A program made the translations under genes and the position numbers. The notes beneath the pieces were generated by a model. The model ran no database searches. It was not told where the DNA came from and saw nothing but the letters and a program-made list of their open reading frames with translations. A DNA stretch of 63,494 nt, filler included, from Diploschistes diacapsis (Eukaryota): the NCBI GenBank assembly GCA_023645945.1. It is 27 parts of 27 records of this genome, joined end to end, with 100 filler letters (N's around TTAATTAATTAA, not from the genome) between each part and the next. Parts side by side here need not be neighbours in the genome. Positions count along the whole stretch, not along the records: positions 8,885 to 26,740 come from JALAIB010000433.1; 26 more parts are not named here. One strand, written 5' to 3'. This document shows positions 11,356-23,610 of the stretch, piece after piece; position 1 is the first letter of the stretch; each line of letters opens with the position of its first letter.

Positions 11356-12143
11356 CTATGCTTTTTTGCCATTAATCGCCTTGAGCTCGACCTCGCTGTT
11401 ACCCATGTTAGCCCGCTGGACGTGGATGCGATCGAGTCAAAAGCTCAATGCCCCTGACAGGAAAGGTAGGGTTGTAGTTTCAGAGAAGGTATAGCTTACA
11501 AGACGAGGGCGGCATTCTCCGGAATCAACCCTGGAAAGCCACTGTAGAGAATTTTTTTAGCTGAAGTGCTCCATCTCGTAGCACAGAACCAAGGCGCACG
11601 ACCGTGACAATGCAAGAGTTGTTATCCAAGGGATAACGGCGGGGTAGCTTCTCACCGGTCGCCATATGCATAATCACTAGGTTCAATCATCAGCCTGCTT
11701 CAGGGTGGGAGGACGAAAATACTGAAATATACTACCAATCCGGGAGAAGCTTTACTTACCCTGTCATAGTCAGAATGCTCCTCTCCCCAAGGCTCATCGT
11801 AACGACGCCTTCGTCCCAGCCTAGCAGCGACTCTCAGTCATCTTCCGAAGCTATCTCGTCCGAGCCAGGCCGTACCTTTGATGACCTTGCCAACTCCAAT
11901 GTCTGTTGAGAAGTCACCACGCCCGACCGAGCTGTCAAACCTATGGAAGATATGTTATTGAAGCTGGCCACGGAAGCTCCATCGTCACCAGGAACTTGGC
12001 ACGCACTGTTTACCACGGTAGTGGTTTGATTCTTCAGCACTGTGGTCGAAGAGGTTCCCCGTGTATTCCATGGTCACCGTGTCGCCCTTAGCAGGGTAAT
12101 CTTTACCGTTCCCAGGCTTGATGACGGTCTTTTGAACACCCAT
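11356..12143 (-). CDS. FPR1: FKBP12-type peptidyl-prolyl cis-trans isomerase (6 exons)
   Basis: Spliced by eye with GT-AG introns: MGVQKTVIKPGNGKDYPAKGDTVTMEYTG...QFDSSVGRGDFSTDIGVGKVIKGWDEGVVTMSLGERSILTMTGDYAYGDRGFPGLIPENAALVFEVELKAINGKKA*. Confidence 0.96.
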
Positions 12144-13220
12144 TGTGGATGATTGAGTAGGAGTGCGGCTTGTAGTTGTGCTATATGGAAAACCAAGCAA
12201 ATATCGTGGGAAGTTCGAGAAACTATCCAGTGGATTGCAGGTGGGACGCTTAGTAGAAGAGCTCAGCAAACGGGCGGACCAAGCAGTCTTAAGTATGAAT
12301 GGCGAATGAAAGGAGGCCCAAGACAGAGCGGTCCTCGGGTCTAGATTGATAAAAGTATTCACCTAGCTTCACGGATGTAGGCCAGTAAAAGCCGGTTGGT
12401 TTGAGAGAAATGTAGTGAAAGTTTTAGTCTAGAGGGGTAGTGAGGCAGGTCAAGCAGGTTGTCTGATGAGGATTCGCGGGTACCTGATTCACCCTAGAAA
12501 CAAGGTTTCATCAGAGTGAATAAAGCCAAGGGGACAGCGTGTGTGTATATGTCCGTGTGCAACTAGGCGATTGGGGCTCAGACTGAGCTGTTCCCATAAG
12601 AAAACGCGCTCGGTCATATGTTGCCAAGGGCACAGCTCACCTCCCAGATACATCATGGACTGACTGACTTTCTTCAAGCTGTTACAGCAGCTGCGTGGGC
12701 ATACTCGGCCATTGGGTATTCTAGGTTCTTCGCCAAGGGACCAGAAGCAGGAAATATTGACGTGGATGTTCCAATAGGGTTGCTGCATCCGTGCACTTCG
12801 CAGAGGGTGTGGTCTTCTTTCACTCTTCAGCCTCTGAATAGGTATCTGCCAGTGGTATGTAGGAAAGACCAGGAAAGATTGCCACGAAAAAAGATTTGAC
12901 GGTTTTGATTTAGGAGCCCTAGGTTGTGCGCGCCGACCTTTCCCTTTTCGGTCAAGTAGAGCCACGAAAGCTTCCGAGACCCAAAACTGGGCGATGGGTT
13001 GAAGGAAGAGGCCATATCCCACCAAGCTTGTCCCTGTCCTCATGATGTATGTATCGACCTCCATTTTCCTCCTTCGAGACTTTCAGAGTCATCCCCTCGA
13101 CCCACCCACGTCCATACACGAGTACGAGATGGCTTGTCTGGGCACGACTGGGCATGGCGCCCCCCCCTCGCTCGCCGGTCAACAATTGCAGTTTCTGGAA
13201 CCCCTGCTCAACGACCCCTC

Positions 13221-13280
13221 TGCTCTGCTCTGCTCTGCTCTGCTCTGCTCTGCTCTGCTCTGCTCTGCTCTGCTCTGCTC
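13221..13280. repeat. (TGCTC)12 pentanucleotide microsatellite
   Basis: Perfect tandem array seen directly. Confidence 0.98.
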
Positions 13281-14915
13281 GTCGATCTTCAATTCTAGAG
13301 GATTGGATGGCTAAAGGCATGCGTGCTATGTTATTATCCGAGAACATGGAATAGGTCCAGTGCGTATGTCTAACAACAGGGTCCTAGTGGCTGGGTCCGA
13401 TCGAGAAGCTCATATCGCAAAAGAATACCCGAAGAGCTGCGGCAAATGGAGTTCTTCTCTATTTGTTTTGCATATCATATTATATGCTGCGGACGTGCTG
13501 AACTCGAGCCTCTCCAACGTAGGCGGCCGAGTTCCACATGCGGTGAATCAAAGCATCATATTGTTTCAGACAGAACCCCCTAGCTACCTACACAGAGCCG
13601 CCAGATCATGCTGTACAACGTTGGACCTTATACTTTACACTTGCCCTGCCAAGGGGTCACTCGATGCGCTTAGTTACGAGAATGGCAGCGACGAAGATTG
13701 GATCTATCGACCATCTATAGGTAGGTAGGTCACCGATTGGTCTACCTCAACTGTCCCGTTTGTGCGGATTGACCATGTGTGAGGCGAATGCAGCGTGGCT
13801 GGCTTGTGGCCGAAAAAAGAATACCTTCCAACAGTGCAATGCGAGTGAAGGGCAACCATGAAAGTCTTATCTATATCTACTGAACGCCTTCAAGCGTGCT
13901 CCTCGAGTAGAAATGGCTGTTAAACTACAGCGGTTGTTGTAATATCACAAGCACCATAACTTTGAGAAAAAGAGACTAAACGCACCCTAACTAAACAGTT
14001 TGTACTTCTAGCAAAGTAGGAGCACGCAATGAGCGGCGCCAGTCCCTACTCTCGCCCAAATGCATCCTTTGAGTTCGAAGATCCTTATGGAGGTACTCGA
14101 CCTCAGAACAGGAAAGATTTTCTTTCGTTTTCCATAAACTGCTTGGTAGAAGAAAGCTTGCATGTCAATGACAACCGCACTACTATAGACACTAGATTCA
14201 TAGCGTAAACTCTGTTTGATTTTGACAGCTTGAAAGCTCAAGGTCTAGCGAAAAATCTCAACCAAAGCAAGGGTCATTGCTGCTGTTGCTCGTAGAAACG
14301 CGGTTAGTATCCACGCTATGTACTTAGGTCCAACAACCGAGACGTTGCGATCCACCCTCAGAGCAGACCGCTTCTCTTTGCGGGTATGACTGAACAGTGC
14401 CCAGGCTTCGGAATTCTGTGGCGCAATATACCTCTGTAAAAATCTTTCCGGGTTTACAAGGCCTAAATCCAAGCCGCCCCGGCAGGCTTGTCAAGAACGA
14501 TATTGAATTTCCGGATTTTTGCAATCTAGACCTTGTTCACCGAATATAACCGAATCGACTTTGACATACGCCCCCTGGAGCATCAGGCATGGTGTCGCGT
14601 CTCGCGTTCTCGGGCAATCTAGTAGGTTACTGCATCGGCAGCCTACCCTTCAAATCGTTGCAGCTAGAGCAAATCCATACCTGGAAGCAACTGTCAGAAT
14701 GGGTGCTTCATCTGCGAGATGCAAAGGTGGTAGGTCGTGTCAGCTTTTGCGGTTCAAGTACTGCAGAAAGAGTACAATTCTTCAGATAGAGTGCTGACCA
14801 CTAGTGCTCACCGTGCGTCAGATGGTCGACCATCCATCATCGTGGCGACTGGCTATCGTAAGGTGCAATGTTGCTTTAAAACTGCGCAGTCGTGCTTCCT
14901 TTTTTAGGTGTACCA

Positions 14916-15965
14916 TCAGGTAGAGTGTTCGAAGAATTCGAAGCTCCTGACTGCTTTTAGAAGAACCTCGCGAGTTCGAATTGGAAAGCGTTTATCAAAT
15001 GACGGCAAAGCATTCTCAAACACTGTGATACGCCCAATACCTGCGCTCTCTGCGTGCTTGAGCAGGCCAGCATAACTATGGCCAATCTGATTCACCCCAT
15101 GGCTATCGTCGGAGAAAACAAATCTGCCATCAAGTTCTGAGAATGCCTGGCTTGGTTTAGTACACATGTTAAAGTCGTTGCATCAAAATTCGGACCTTGC
15201 AGATTTCAAGATTAGGGTACGGCTCCTTCATACCCTTTCGCAGCCCGGCACTGTTAATCTCCAGCGCTCCGTCGTAGCTTCTGATAGCCCTCAGATTGCG
15301 CTGAATCTTGTCCCAGACTTGTGAACTCGCCAGTAGACTCTGGTTGGGATCACTGCTCAGTAAGCGAATGAGATCAAGATGGCCAACCACTGGAGGCCGT
15401 AGGGCGCTTAGCATCTCCTCCTGTGCGTCAAAGTAATCCATGAATAGTCTTGTCTCTGACGACGGGTCATCCTCCGTCTTTCGCGATGAAGCCACAGCAA
15501 GGGCCTGGGCGTACATGTCAGGGCTGAAATCGATCGGGATACCGTACACATGGTGCACAGACCCCACGAAAAGGTCGAGCGGATACCTCGAAAGCAGATC
15601 CTCGATCCAGCCCTTGCTTGACGCGCGTATCCAGTCGATCTCCATGCCGACGAGAAGGGCAATCTCTCCGGCATGCTTGGCTTGGAGCTGGCGAGCCGTG
15701 GTATAGAACTGATCAAATATCTTGGCCTGACCTTCCACGTCCCAACCAGTCTCGGACTGCAAGCGAAGCATTAGGTGTACAGCAAGATAGCTTTTGAAAC
15801 ACCAACCTCGCCCGGATACAAATCGTCTTCCAAGTCCCGTGGCATATGCTCGGTGAGAGCAAAGATTTGCATTTTCTGCTTAATAGCTGCTTGGATCACA
15901 TGTTCCAGTTGATCACTAGCATGATTGCAGAATTGGCCAGAATGACTATGGAACGAGAACGGCAT
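14916..15965 (-). CDS. HIS2: Histidinol-phosphatase, PHP family (3 exons)
   Basis: Motifs SFHSHSGQFC, LTEHMPR, GMEIDWI, VGSVHHV, GHLDLIRL, EINSAGLRKG...PYP and FSDDSHG. Confidence 0.95.
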
Positions 15966-16318
15966 ATTGCCTGTTTAACTTCCGTCAGTGGCCTCGGAGT
16001 CTTTGGTGGATTGACTATTCAATACATGTTAAAGTATGTTTGTGGAGGGGGGAAATTTTCACAAATGTCTCTGCCAAGAAATGATTCAGAGCGCGAGACA
16101 AACGCGAGATATAGACCGCGTCCATCACGCGTCAATACCCCGGCAGGCCCGTTTTTGGTTTTCAGTTTTCAGTTTTCACCCGTCGTTCTGCCCTTGACCG
16201 CTCTATACCACAGAGCTTTGTGCAAGACCCGGAGAGAGGAGAGGTTGCCAAAGGTCAATTTGTTACACCAAGCATCGCTGCTTGCCGAATTACCCTACCC
16301 CTCTCCCCACAGCCCGCA

Positions 16319-17462
16319 ATGGCTCCCTCTGCCGCTCCCCGACCTCTCTCCCTCCGCCGCCTCGATACCGTGTACACCGTGTGGTTCGCCCTACACCTGC
16401 TGATCATGTTCTGCGTCGACCTGACGACCATATACCCGGACTGGCTCACCCCGGCGCCGCTCGTGGCGCTCCGCACATGGCAGGTGCAGACGTACCACGA
16501 TCGCTTCTTCGTGGACCCGCCGGCTTGGTTCAGGTCCTTTGTGTGGATGGAGGCGGGATACCATGTGCCGCTTAGTATCTGGGCTGTTGGCGCGCTGATA
16601 CAGGGTCAGTATCATGATTTTCCTTATGTCTGTGTTTCCGACGTATGAACCTGCCCGAGGTGGATGAGAGAGAGGTCTTCCATGAGCGGGAGCCGTTTTA
16701 TCCTGTCGTGCCAAATTCACACTCGTCATCTGTACTGGAGCCTTCTCCTTGATGCTAGCCAGCGAGTCCTACTCGACAGGTCTTCAAAATTCATAGTTCT
16801 TTTAAAATCGAGCCTCTTCCCGCTAATCTCAACTCCCATCCAGACTCTCCTCTCGTCCCCGTCCACCTCCTGATCTGGGCCGTGCAAACCGCCCTGACGA
16901 CGCTGGTCTGCATAGTCGATTACTCGTCCTGGGAGGACTTCTCTGCGGAGGAGAAGACGAGCATGAACGGCCTTTACGTGCCTTATTTGCTCCTAGGTAA
17001 GCGATACACTTCTTCATCATATCCTTTTGGTCTCTTCATCCCTTTCGCTCACATCTTGCGCTCTACACAACCCTTTTCCTTCCACGCCCTCACCCTCTTG
17101 ATTCTCCTTCTCACCCATTGCTCTGCACTCTCTTGATACCCTCCACTCCCTGCTCTACCTTTCTCCCCTTCACCATTTTTGTATCCTTCGCCTCTCCCTT
17201 CGCTTTCCTTCACGCCTACCTACCTTCTCCTCTTCCACCTCCTTTCCCTCCCTTCCACCCTTCCCCATCCCTCCGGCTCACCCACTCCCTGCACCACCTC
17301 ACCACCAATCCGCCCCTCCAGATATCGCCCAAAAAAAAACCCCCCCAACAGCGAAGTGCTGACCACCCCATCACAGCCATAGGAATGGGCCTAGACATGT
17401 TCTTCCGCTTAAGAAGCAGACTGCTAGAGGGCAGTACCGCAGTGCGGGCAAAGGGAGACTAG
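16319..17462 (+). CDS. EXPERA-domain (TMEM97/sigma-2 receptor-like) membrane protein
   Basis: LIMFCVDL..YP...YHDRFFVDPPAWFRSFVWMEAGYHVPLSIW, then TTLVCI...LYVPYLLL, and a last exon MGLDMFFRL. Internal exon boundaries are approximate. Confidence 0.85.
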
Positions 17463-17551
17463 GCTAGCAGCGTGGACTTTGTATGTATTAATGGATGAAT
17501 GTATATATGTGTAAAGGTAGCTACATTGGTATATAGGTATGTAGGTATAGT

Positions 17552-17572
17552 ATCGATCGATCGATCGATCGA
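17552..17572. repeat. (ATCG)n self-complementary microsatellite
   Basis: ATCGATCGATCGATCGATCGA between two convergent 3' ends. Confidence 0.9.
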
Positions 17573-17997
17573 TTACTGTATACATGTGCGTATGCTGTCA
17601 TAAGCAAGTAATCACACGAGCATGCATGCTTTATGTTATACTCACCAGGCACCTTCACCAGGGATTTTCAGCGAGAGAGCTCTTCGTCAAGGCTTGTAGA
17701 CACTACTACTATGGACACGCATCAACCTCAATCTCGCCTCTACATTTCGTTCAAGCCAAAAAGACAACTTGCGTATGTACCCTCATCGCCCCCAGATTAA
17801 TGCCGTGCCGTCTCCTACCAAAGTAACCACGAGCCCCCCCCCCCGCCTTCATCTCCACCAACACCTCGCTCGCTCGCACAGCAGCAAGAAAAGAAAAAAA
17901 GGAGAAGTTCATCACCGTTCCAATCCATCCGTCCCGACCATTCAATCCCAATTTCCGTCCCCGTCCACGTCCCCATCCACCGTCCACGCCTCCCAAT

Positions 17998-19078
17998 CTA
18001 AACATTACTATCGAGCTTCCTGTCCGACGCGCCCCTGATAGTTGTGGATAGATCAAAGACGGGCAGATTCAGCGGGAAGTCGACCGAAGCCAGCATCTGC
18101 ACGAAGAACAGGTACCAGCTGCAGAGGCACGTGATGAAGGTGAAGGACCCGCCCGCCGTCTGCAGCTGCGTCGCGCGCGCGGCGTTGCCCTGCGCCAGCT
18201 CCCAGTAGGCGCCCGCCAGCAGCATAAAGGCGAGCCAGAGGGTCAAGAAGATGGCGACGAAGAAGGCGTTTGTGCGGAGCGAGGCGACGAGATAGATCAG
18301 GCAGAGCTGTTTGAGGGAGGATGAGCGTTAGCTTTTGGTTCTTTTGGCCGTTGGAGTTTGAGGTTTGGGGTTTGGTGTTTGGTGTTTCCCTTTACCCCTT
18401 GTTCTGTTCGTTCAAGCGCCAGCAAAGGATGATGAAAAATGCACACATGGTGTAGGGGGAAATCTTACAATGGCCATGCATAACAGGAAGAAAGCGAAGC
18501 TCGACTCGAAAGCCGGCTGCGTAGCCCCCGCCGACGGGTTCGTGTTGGGTGTGGGCGAATATGCAGCATAGGCACCGAAGCTCGGGGTCAGCGTCGCCGC
18601 GAACGAGAACCAGAAGGAGCCAAAGGTCACGAAGACGACGGCGGGGAAGGTGTTGCCGAGGAAGAATTCGAGCAAGCCGCCGACGAACATCAGCGCGGCG
18701 CCGCAGCCGAAGTAGACGCCGATCTCGGCCGCTCCGTTGCCGCCGGCGCCCCGCCATCCCAGCAGATCGCAGGTCAGGGGCGTCAGGGAGAGGATGACGC
18801 CCGCGAGGCCGATGGGAGTGGGGTTACCAAAGGTGCGGCGGAGCTCACCTAACAGATTGTGTTGGCTGGGGAGTTATCTAGCATGGGGCCTGTGGTCGGG
18901 CTATCGTACCTTTGACTTTCTTTTCGGGAGAGAGGTAGAGTTTCTCGAACAACTCCGGGGGGATGGAGATGGAGCCTGCGGTCCCAATCTTCTTCAAGGC
19001 ATCGTCACTGCCGTAGTCCCTGTCCAAAAACTCGTGATTCCCGTTTACAGACACGGGCTCCATGTTTCTGGCTACCAT
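17998..19078 (-). CDS. GPR1/FUN34/YaaH family membrane protein, AlcS-like (acetate/ammonia transporter family)
   Basis: ISIPPELFEKLYLSP, LRRTFGNPTPIGL, GGLLEFFLGNTFPAVVFVTFGSFW and DFPLNLPVFDLST; three coding exons. Confidence 0.92.
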
Positions 19079-20587
19079 TTTTGGTTGCTTGCTTGCCCTG
19101 CACTCTATTCCCTTTCCTTCTCTTGATCAAGCAAAAAGGAAAGACTGGGCGAAGACAGTAGGAATGGACGATATGTTTGAGACTGAGATGTAAAGGGGCC
19201 AAGCACAATCTTAAACGGAACAGCAGATCAACCTCTACCTTTAAAAGAACGCACCGAGGGTCAGGGCCAACCTTCGTTCTGCATCACACACCCATATTCC
19301 TATTTCCCTTCCTTCTCTTTACCATACCTTTAAACCTAATAGTATGACCAGCCATAGAGGTCTTGTTATCAGTCCATGCACGCCGAGTGGTTAACGCATA
19401 GATGGGTCTCGAAATGGCACATGCGCGCAAATATGTAGCCTTCTCCCCAGCTCGTCCATCTCGAAATCCCACGATTCCCTTGCAAGCGGGCGCTGCAAAT
19501 AAAAAAGTCGTAAGACTGGAGCGACTAGAGCTCGGCGAGGTGGCTGCTGGAGCGTCGTGTAGTCTATACGTACGCGTATTGGAATTTGTTGGTAACTTTT
19601 TAGCAATCCATCAGGGAAGGAGAAGCTTTGGCGGGGATCCGTTCTGGCTTGGAAGAGGTTTCTACTAAATGTGGATAAGTAGTCCGGCTGCTACCTGATC
19701 CAGACGATTCGCGCGAGCTCTTTGCCCCGAAAAGCCATTGGATCGCCACTGCTACTCCGAACCAGTTGTAGATTGCAGTTGAGCAAATTGAAACAGGGGC
19801 AGTTAGTACCAAAGCCCAGGATGCGTAGATGTAATGCACGATTTTGGACCGATTTGCGCTGTGATCTGGCAGGAGTTGGAAATCGAGTCTCTCAGACCAG
19901 AAATCGAGGAGGGGTGGAGCTGCTTCCCCATCTCTCTTGAAGAGGCTAAACCTGAGTTACTTCAAGCTGGCTAACTGACTGACTACCCCGCAATTTCCAG
20001 CATTCTCTCCAGCAGTCCTTGGAAATAAATGCTCTCAGATGCCGATGAAATGATACTACTGTATTAGTACCGTGATCCTGCCTCCAAGTTTGTTGGGTCC
20101 TACGACGAAGGGAGGCTAAACGAGGTATTCGTGAATGAATGCTATCAACTAATTGTTCATTACTGCCATTTATCTGTGATGGAGCTGCAGCGAGTGCAGC
20201 AAGCGACTTGTCTAAGAGAGCTAATAGAAGCTGTTTGCATTATCATTGTTGCTACCCTGAGTACAGAGCTACCCGCGAAGTATCGCTGGGGATAAACACT
20301 ATTCTTAGAACCATACCTTGTTTCCTTGTCCGCTCTGCATCCATCGCGAATCTCGTCCGACACATGGAGTACAGGGGGGGGCAGCGTGAACTACCCCATC
20401 CCTGAATTTTTGCCGCATATCCAGTCCGCATAGTCATCCCTCAGATCGCGAACATCAATGTGCCGAATAAGATGTTACAAGATCGTAAGCAGCTTCCCCC
20501 CGTCTTGGGAACTGCAAAGGTTCTAGAGGTGCGAATAAAGTTTTCTTAGCGTGTAGTATGCAGCACCGTTAGCGGATGCCGAAGGCT

Positions 20588-23500
20588 CTATTGCCAATAC
20601 ATGGTGAGTGCCAGTGCTTGGCTGACATCTTTAAGAACCAATTGCCCGCCTTCCTCGCGTAGATGCAGCTTTGCGCGCTCACAGCACTGGTCCGCATAGT
20701 AAACGGCTGAATGCAGCGACACAGATCTCGTCGCTCTTTGATAATTGAAGCAACCTTGCAGCACAACACGCTGAAAGTTGTCAATGCTGAGTTCATTTTC
20801 GTCGTAGATGGAGACGTAATGGGTAGGACGACACGTGCCCTGGAGCGCTGCTTGACTGACTACGTAAATGTCGTTGCGTCCCTGACAGTTGTGAACCACA
20901 GTGCATGGCATCACATTACCTAGCCTATCGCCCTCGCGAGAGTTCGTGGGAAAGAAACGAGTGTGATGCCTGTTCCTGATTAGCATGGCCCTCTTCCACC
21001 GCGCTTATGGATGTACCTACCGCTTGATGCAGTTAATCACTGTCAGCTTGAAGTCTATTCCTAGTTCTGCACGCATATTCTTCAACGCCAGAACTTCCGT
21101 GTTCACAAAGGCATCTACCTGATGGTCGGAGATTCCGTCCCTGAAGAACAGCACCCTCTCCGGTTCGTACTGATTCTTGTTTCGGAAGCGCTTGACCAAT
21201 TCTCCGAACATTGCTCCCATTGTCTCGGTTCCGATCAACTCCTGCGTCGTGGCCTGAGCCACGGTGACAGCAGTGTAGAACGAGCAATTGGGGTCCATGC
21301 TGCCGACCAAACAGCCGTAGCTTGGAGGGGGCGACTCGCGTCTCAGTTCTCCAGGGCTTGGATGAGTGCTATCAGCACCCAGAATCATGACTTTCTGGCC
21401 TTTGAAGAGTGGGTCTTCAACATGCCAGTTGAGTCCCCCAAGCTTTGCATTGATCTTGAGCGCAACATTGGACAGGTACTGTAATCTTCCTTTAGGAGAT
21501 AGCGCCTTTTCCGCAAGTAAGCACTGCGAGGGAATACCGACTAAGCATTCACACACTTGTTTGCAAGCTTTGTAAACGGTCAATGGCATCTTCTCATTTA
21601 GAATGAAGAGGATGAGGTTTGGCTTCGCACCGTACGTGTTGTCGGTCTTGTTGCAGATGTCGTGCACAATACTCTCGACGTTTCCTCCCATGGCGTTTGC
21701 TCTAAGCATAGCGGGAGCTCGGTTGGCGGTACGCAAACCATGTCCCGCAAGCGCACCGTCCAAATCTTTACAGAAAGCTTCAATTTCGCCTTCGGAAGGG
21801 CCTCCGCGGGGTCCAGGGAAATAGACAACACCCCAAGCGCGAAATGCCTGCGGATGTACGAATCTCTTTCCCTTGAGGTTCCAGCTTCCCCTGCTGACGT
21901 CGCGCTCCGGTCCGTGGTGGTAGAGAGGTACCGGCGCGGGCAAGATCACCGCTGGCGTTTCCAGCATCCGTGGAGAAACGCTCAATCCCCACTGCTTTGG
22001 TTTTTCCAAATTCCAGTGCGCCAGTCGGCGGACGTTATCAATTATCTGTTTCTCCCGAATCGTGGCAGGCGATGTTGCGAATTTGATGAAATCGGCCGTT
22101 GCCGCTCCTTGGAGGGCTTCTTTGTACCTTTCGTCTGGTGCCGTGAAACATACCTCCATTGGGAACATGCCCTTTTGACTCACCAATAGCGGTAAATCTG
22201 GGTATGATAGACGTATGCCATATTTTTTGGAGAAATAGTCCTTCACGTTGGTCTGATACTCCTGTCCGGTTCCGGCCTCTGTAACAGTGAAAACCTTGGT
22301 CAAGGCATTGTTTTCACTGAGTTTCTGGATGCGCTTCTTGTGTGCATTTCCCTGATCACTCAGGTGCTTCACGCAGAAGTATATCCCTGATTCCACATAA
22401 TCAGCGTCGCTCTCCAACAGAAAAGACATACTGATACAGACCAGTCATCATCGCTTCGCACTCGGATCGTGTAACACGCGAAATGTCCCTGGTGCCACAA
22501 AAGGCGGCCGCAACTTCCGTAAGAGGCATGCCAGGGGTGTAGAAGGCGCTACATTTGGTGTCAATGTTAAGACTCAGCTTTCCGAAACCAAAAGATATGC
22601 TTTGATAGATCCCTCTCAAAGCCTCCAATACTCCTCCAGTCGAGGGGAGTGGTTTGCATAACGACTCGACTCGCGAAAAGTATGCAGTTGATTTGGGGAA
22701 GGTAATGAACCGTTTGGACGGGTCGTCCCTAAACAGAGCGTTGAAGGCCTTGAAAACGTTCTCAACCTCTGCATTACCTGCTGCAAGGCCTGCCAATCCC
22801 GATTGCAGGTAGTTGACTAAATCGCGGATATTCAACTTCCCCGTCTTTCTGATTGCAACCTCGACTTGGTTGGGCTTCTCCTGGGTATGGCCTGGGAGGT
22901 CCACTACGGTACTCTTCTGGTCTGCACCCTCGATAAGCTCTTCCGTGCTCCACCCAATAGACACTCCATCGAAGACAAAGTACTTTCCCCAGAGATGCTC
23001 CGATTGGACAAACACCTTGGCCTGCTGCATTGCTGTGACCTTCTCCGAGCCGCGTCTTTGCGAGCTCTCAGGAACCCGCATGCGAACATCATATTGGAAA
23101 ATCTAACGCTTGTCAGTCGCTCAATCAGAAAAAATCCAGATCGAAACTAACCTTCACGATAGGCAGAGACTCGATCGCAAAGTGGTTGACTTTGACCACT
23201 ATGCGCCTGCCACTCTGACCGCGGGGTTCCTTGAGGGGGTTACCCGGGAAACGTGAGCCTTTTTTATCGGGAGTTGTAACGGAGGTTGGCAAAGTTGGGA
23301 GGCTTTCTGAAGATTGGATCGATCCAACGGGGGGGCTGTTCAAAGGCGAAGCGTTTTCGCCCTGTGCCATTCGCCCGGTATATTGACGCGCGGGCGCATC
23401 TCCATACCTTTGGGTCAGGTCGCCACGCCTATCATCGCGGGTAAATGTTGAAGCGCGTCGGTCAGGGGAGCGTTCCCGACGGTCTCGGCCGTAGGCGCGG

Positions 23501-23610
23501 TTCGGGTTTTGCCGATCGTCACGGCGTTCGTAGCCACGATTCGGGTTTTGACGGTCATCGCGGCGTTCGTAGCCACGGCCGTATCCTCCGCCATAATCAC
23601 GACCAGACAT
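20588..23610 (-). CDS. Argonaute protein (N, PAZ, MID, PIWI; 4 exons, about 950 aa)
   Basis: VKVNHF; PAZ VKDYFSKKYGIRLSYPDLP...FPMEVC; MID YKACK..SQC..NVALKINAKLGG; PIWI GADSTHP, FFRDGIS, KRHHTRFFP, GTCRPTHY and YYADQCCERA. Introns at about 23151-23103, 22441-22388 and 21020-20971. Confidence 0.97.

Noticed and set aside
12952..13354. ORFs with SALLC or RAEQS repeats
   Set aside because: Products of the (TGCTC)12 microsatellite.
16081..16089. Gcn4/CpcA site in the HIS2 promoter
   Set aside because: ATGATTCAG is only a mismatched version of TGASTCA and is not distinguishable from chance.
20690..20705. DEDD instead of DEDH as evidence of an inactive Argonaute
   Set aside because: Asp at the fourth position occurs in active fungal Argonautes such as QDE-2.
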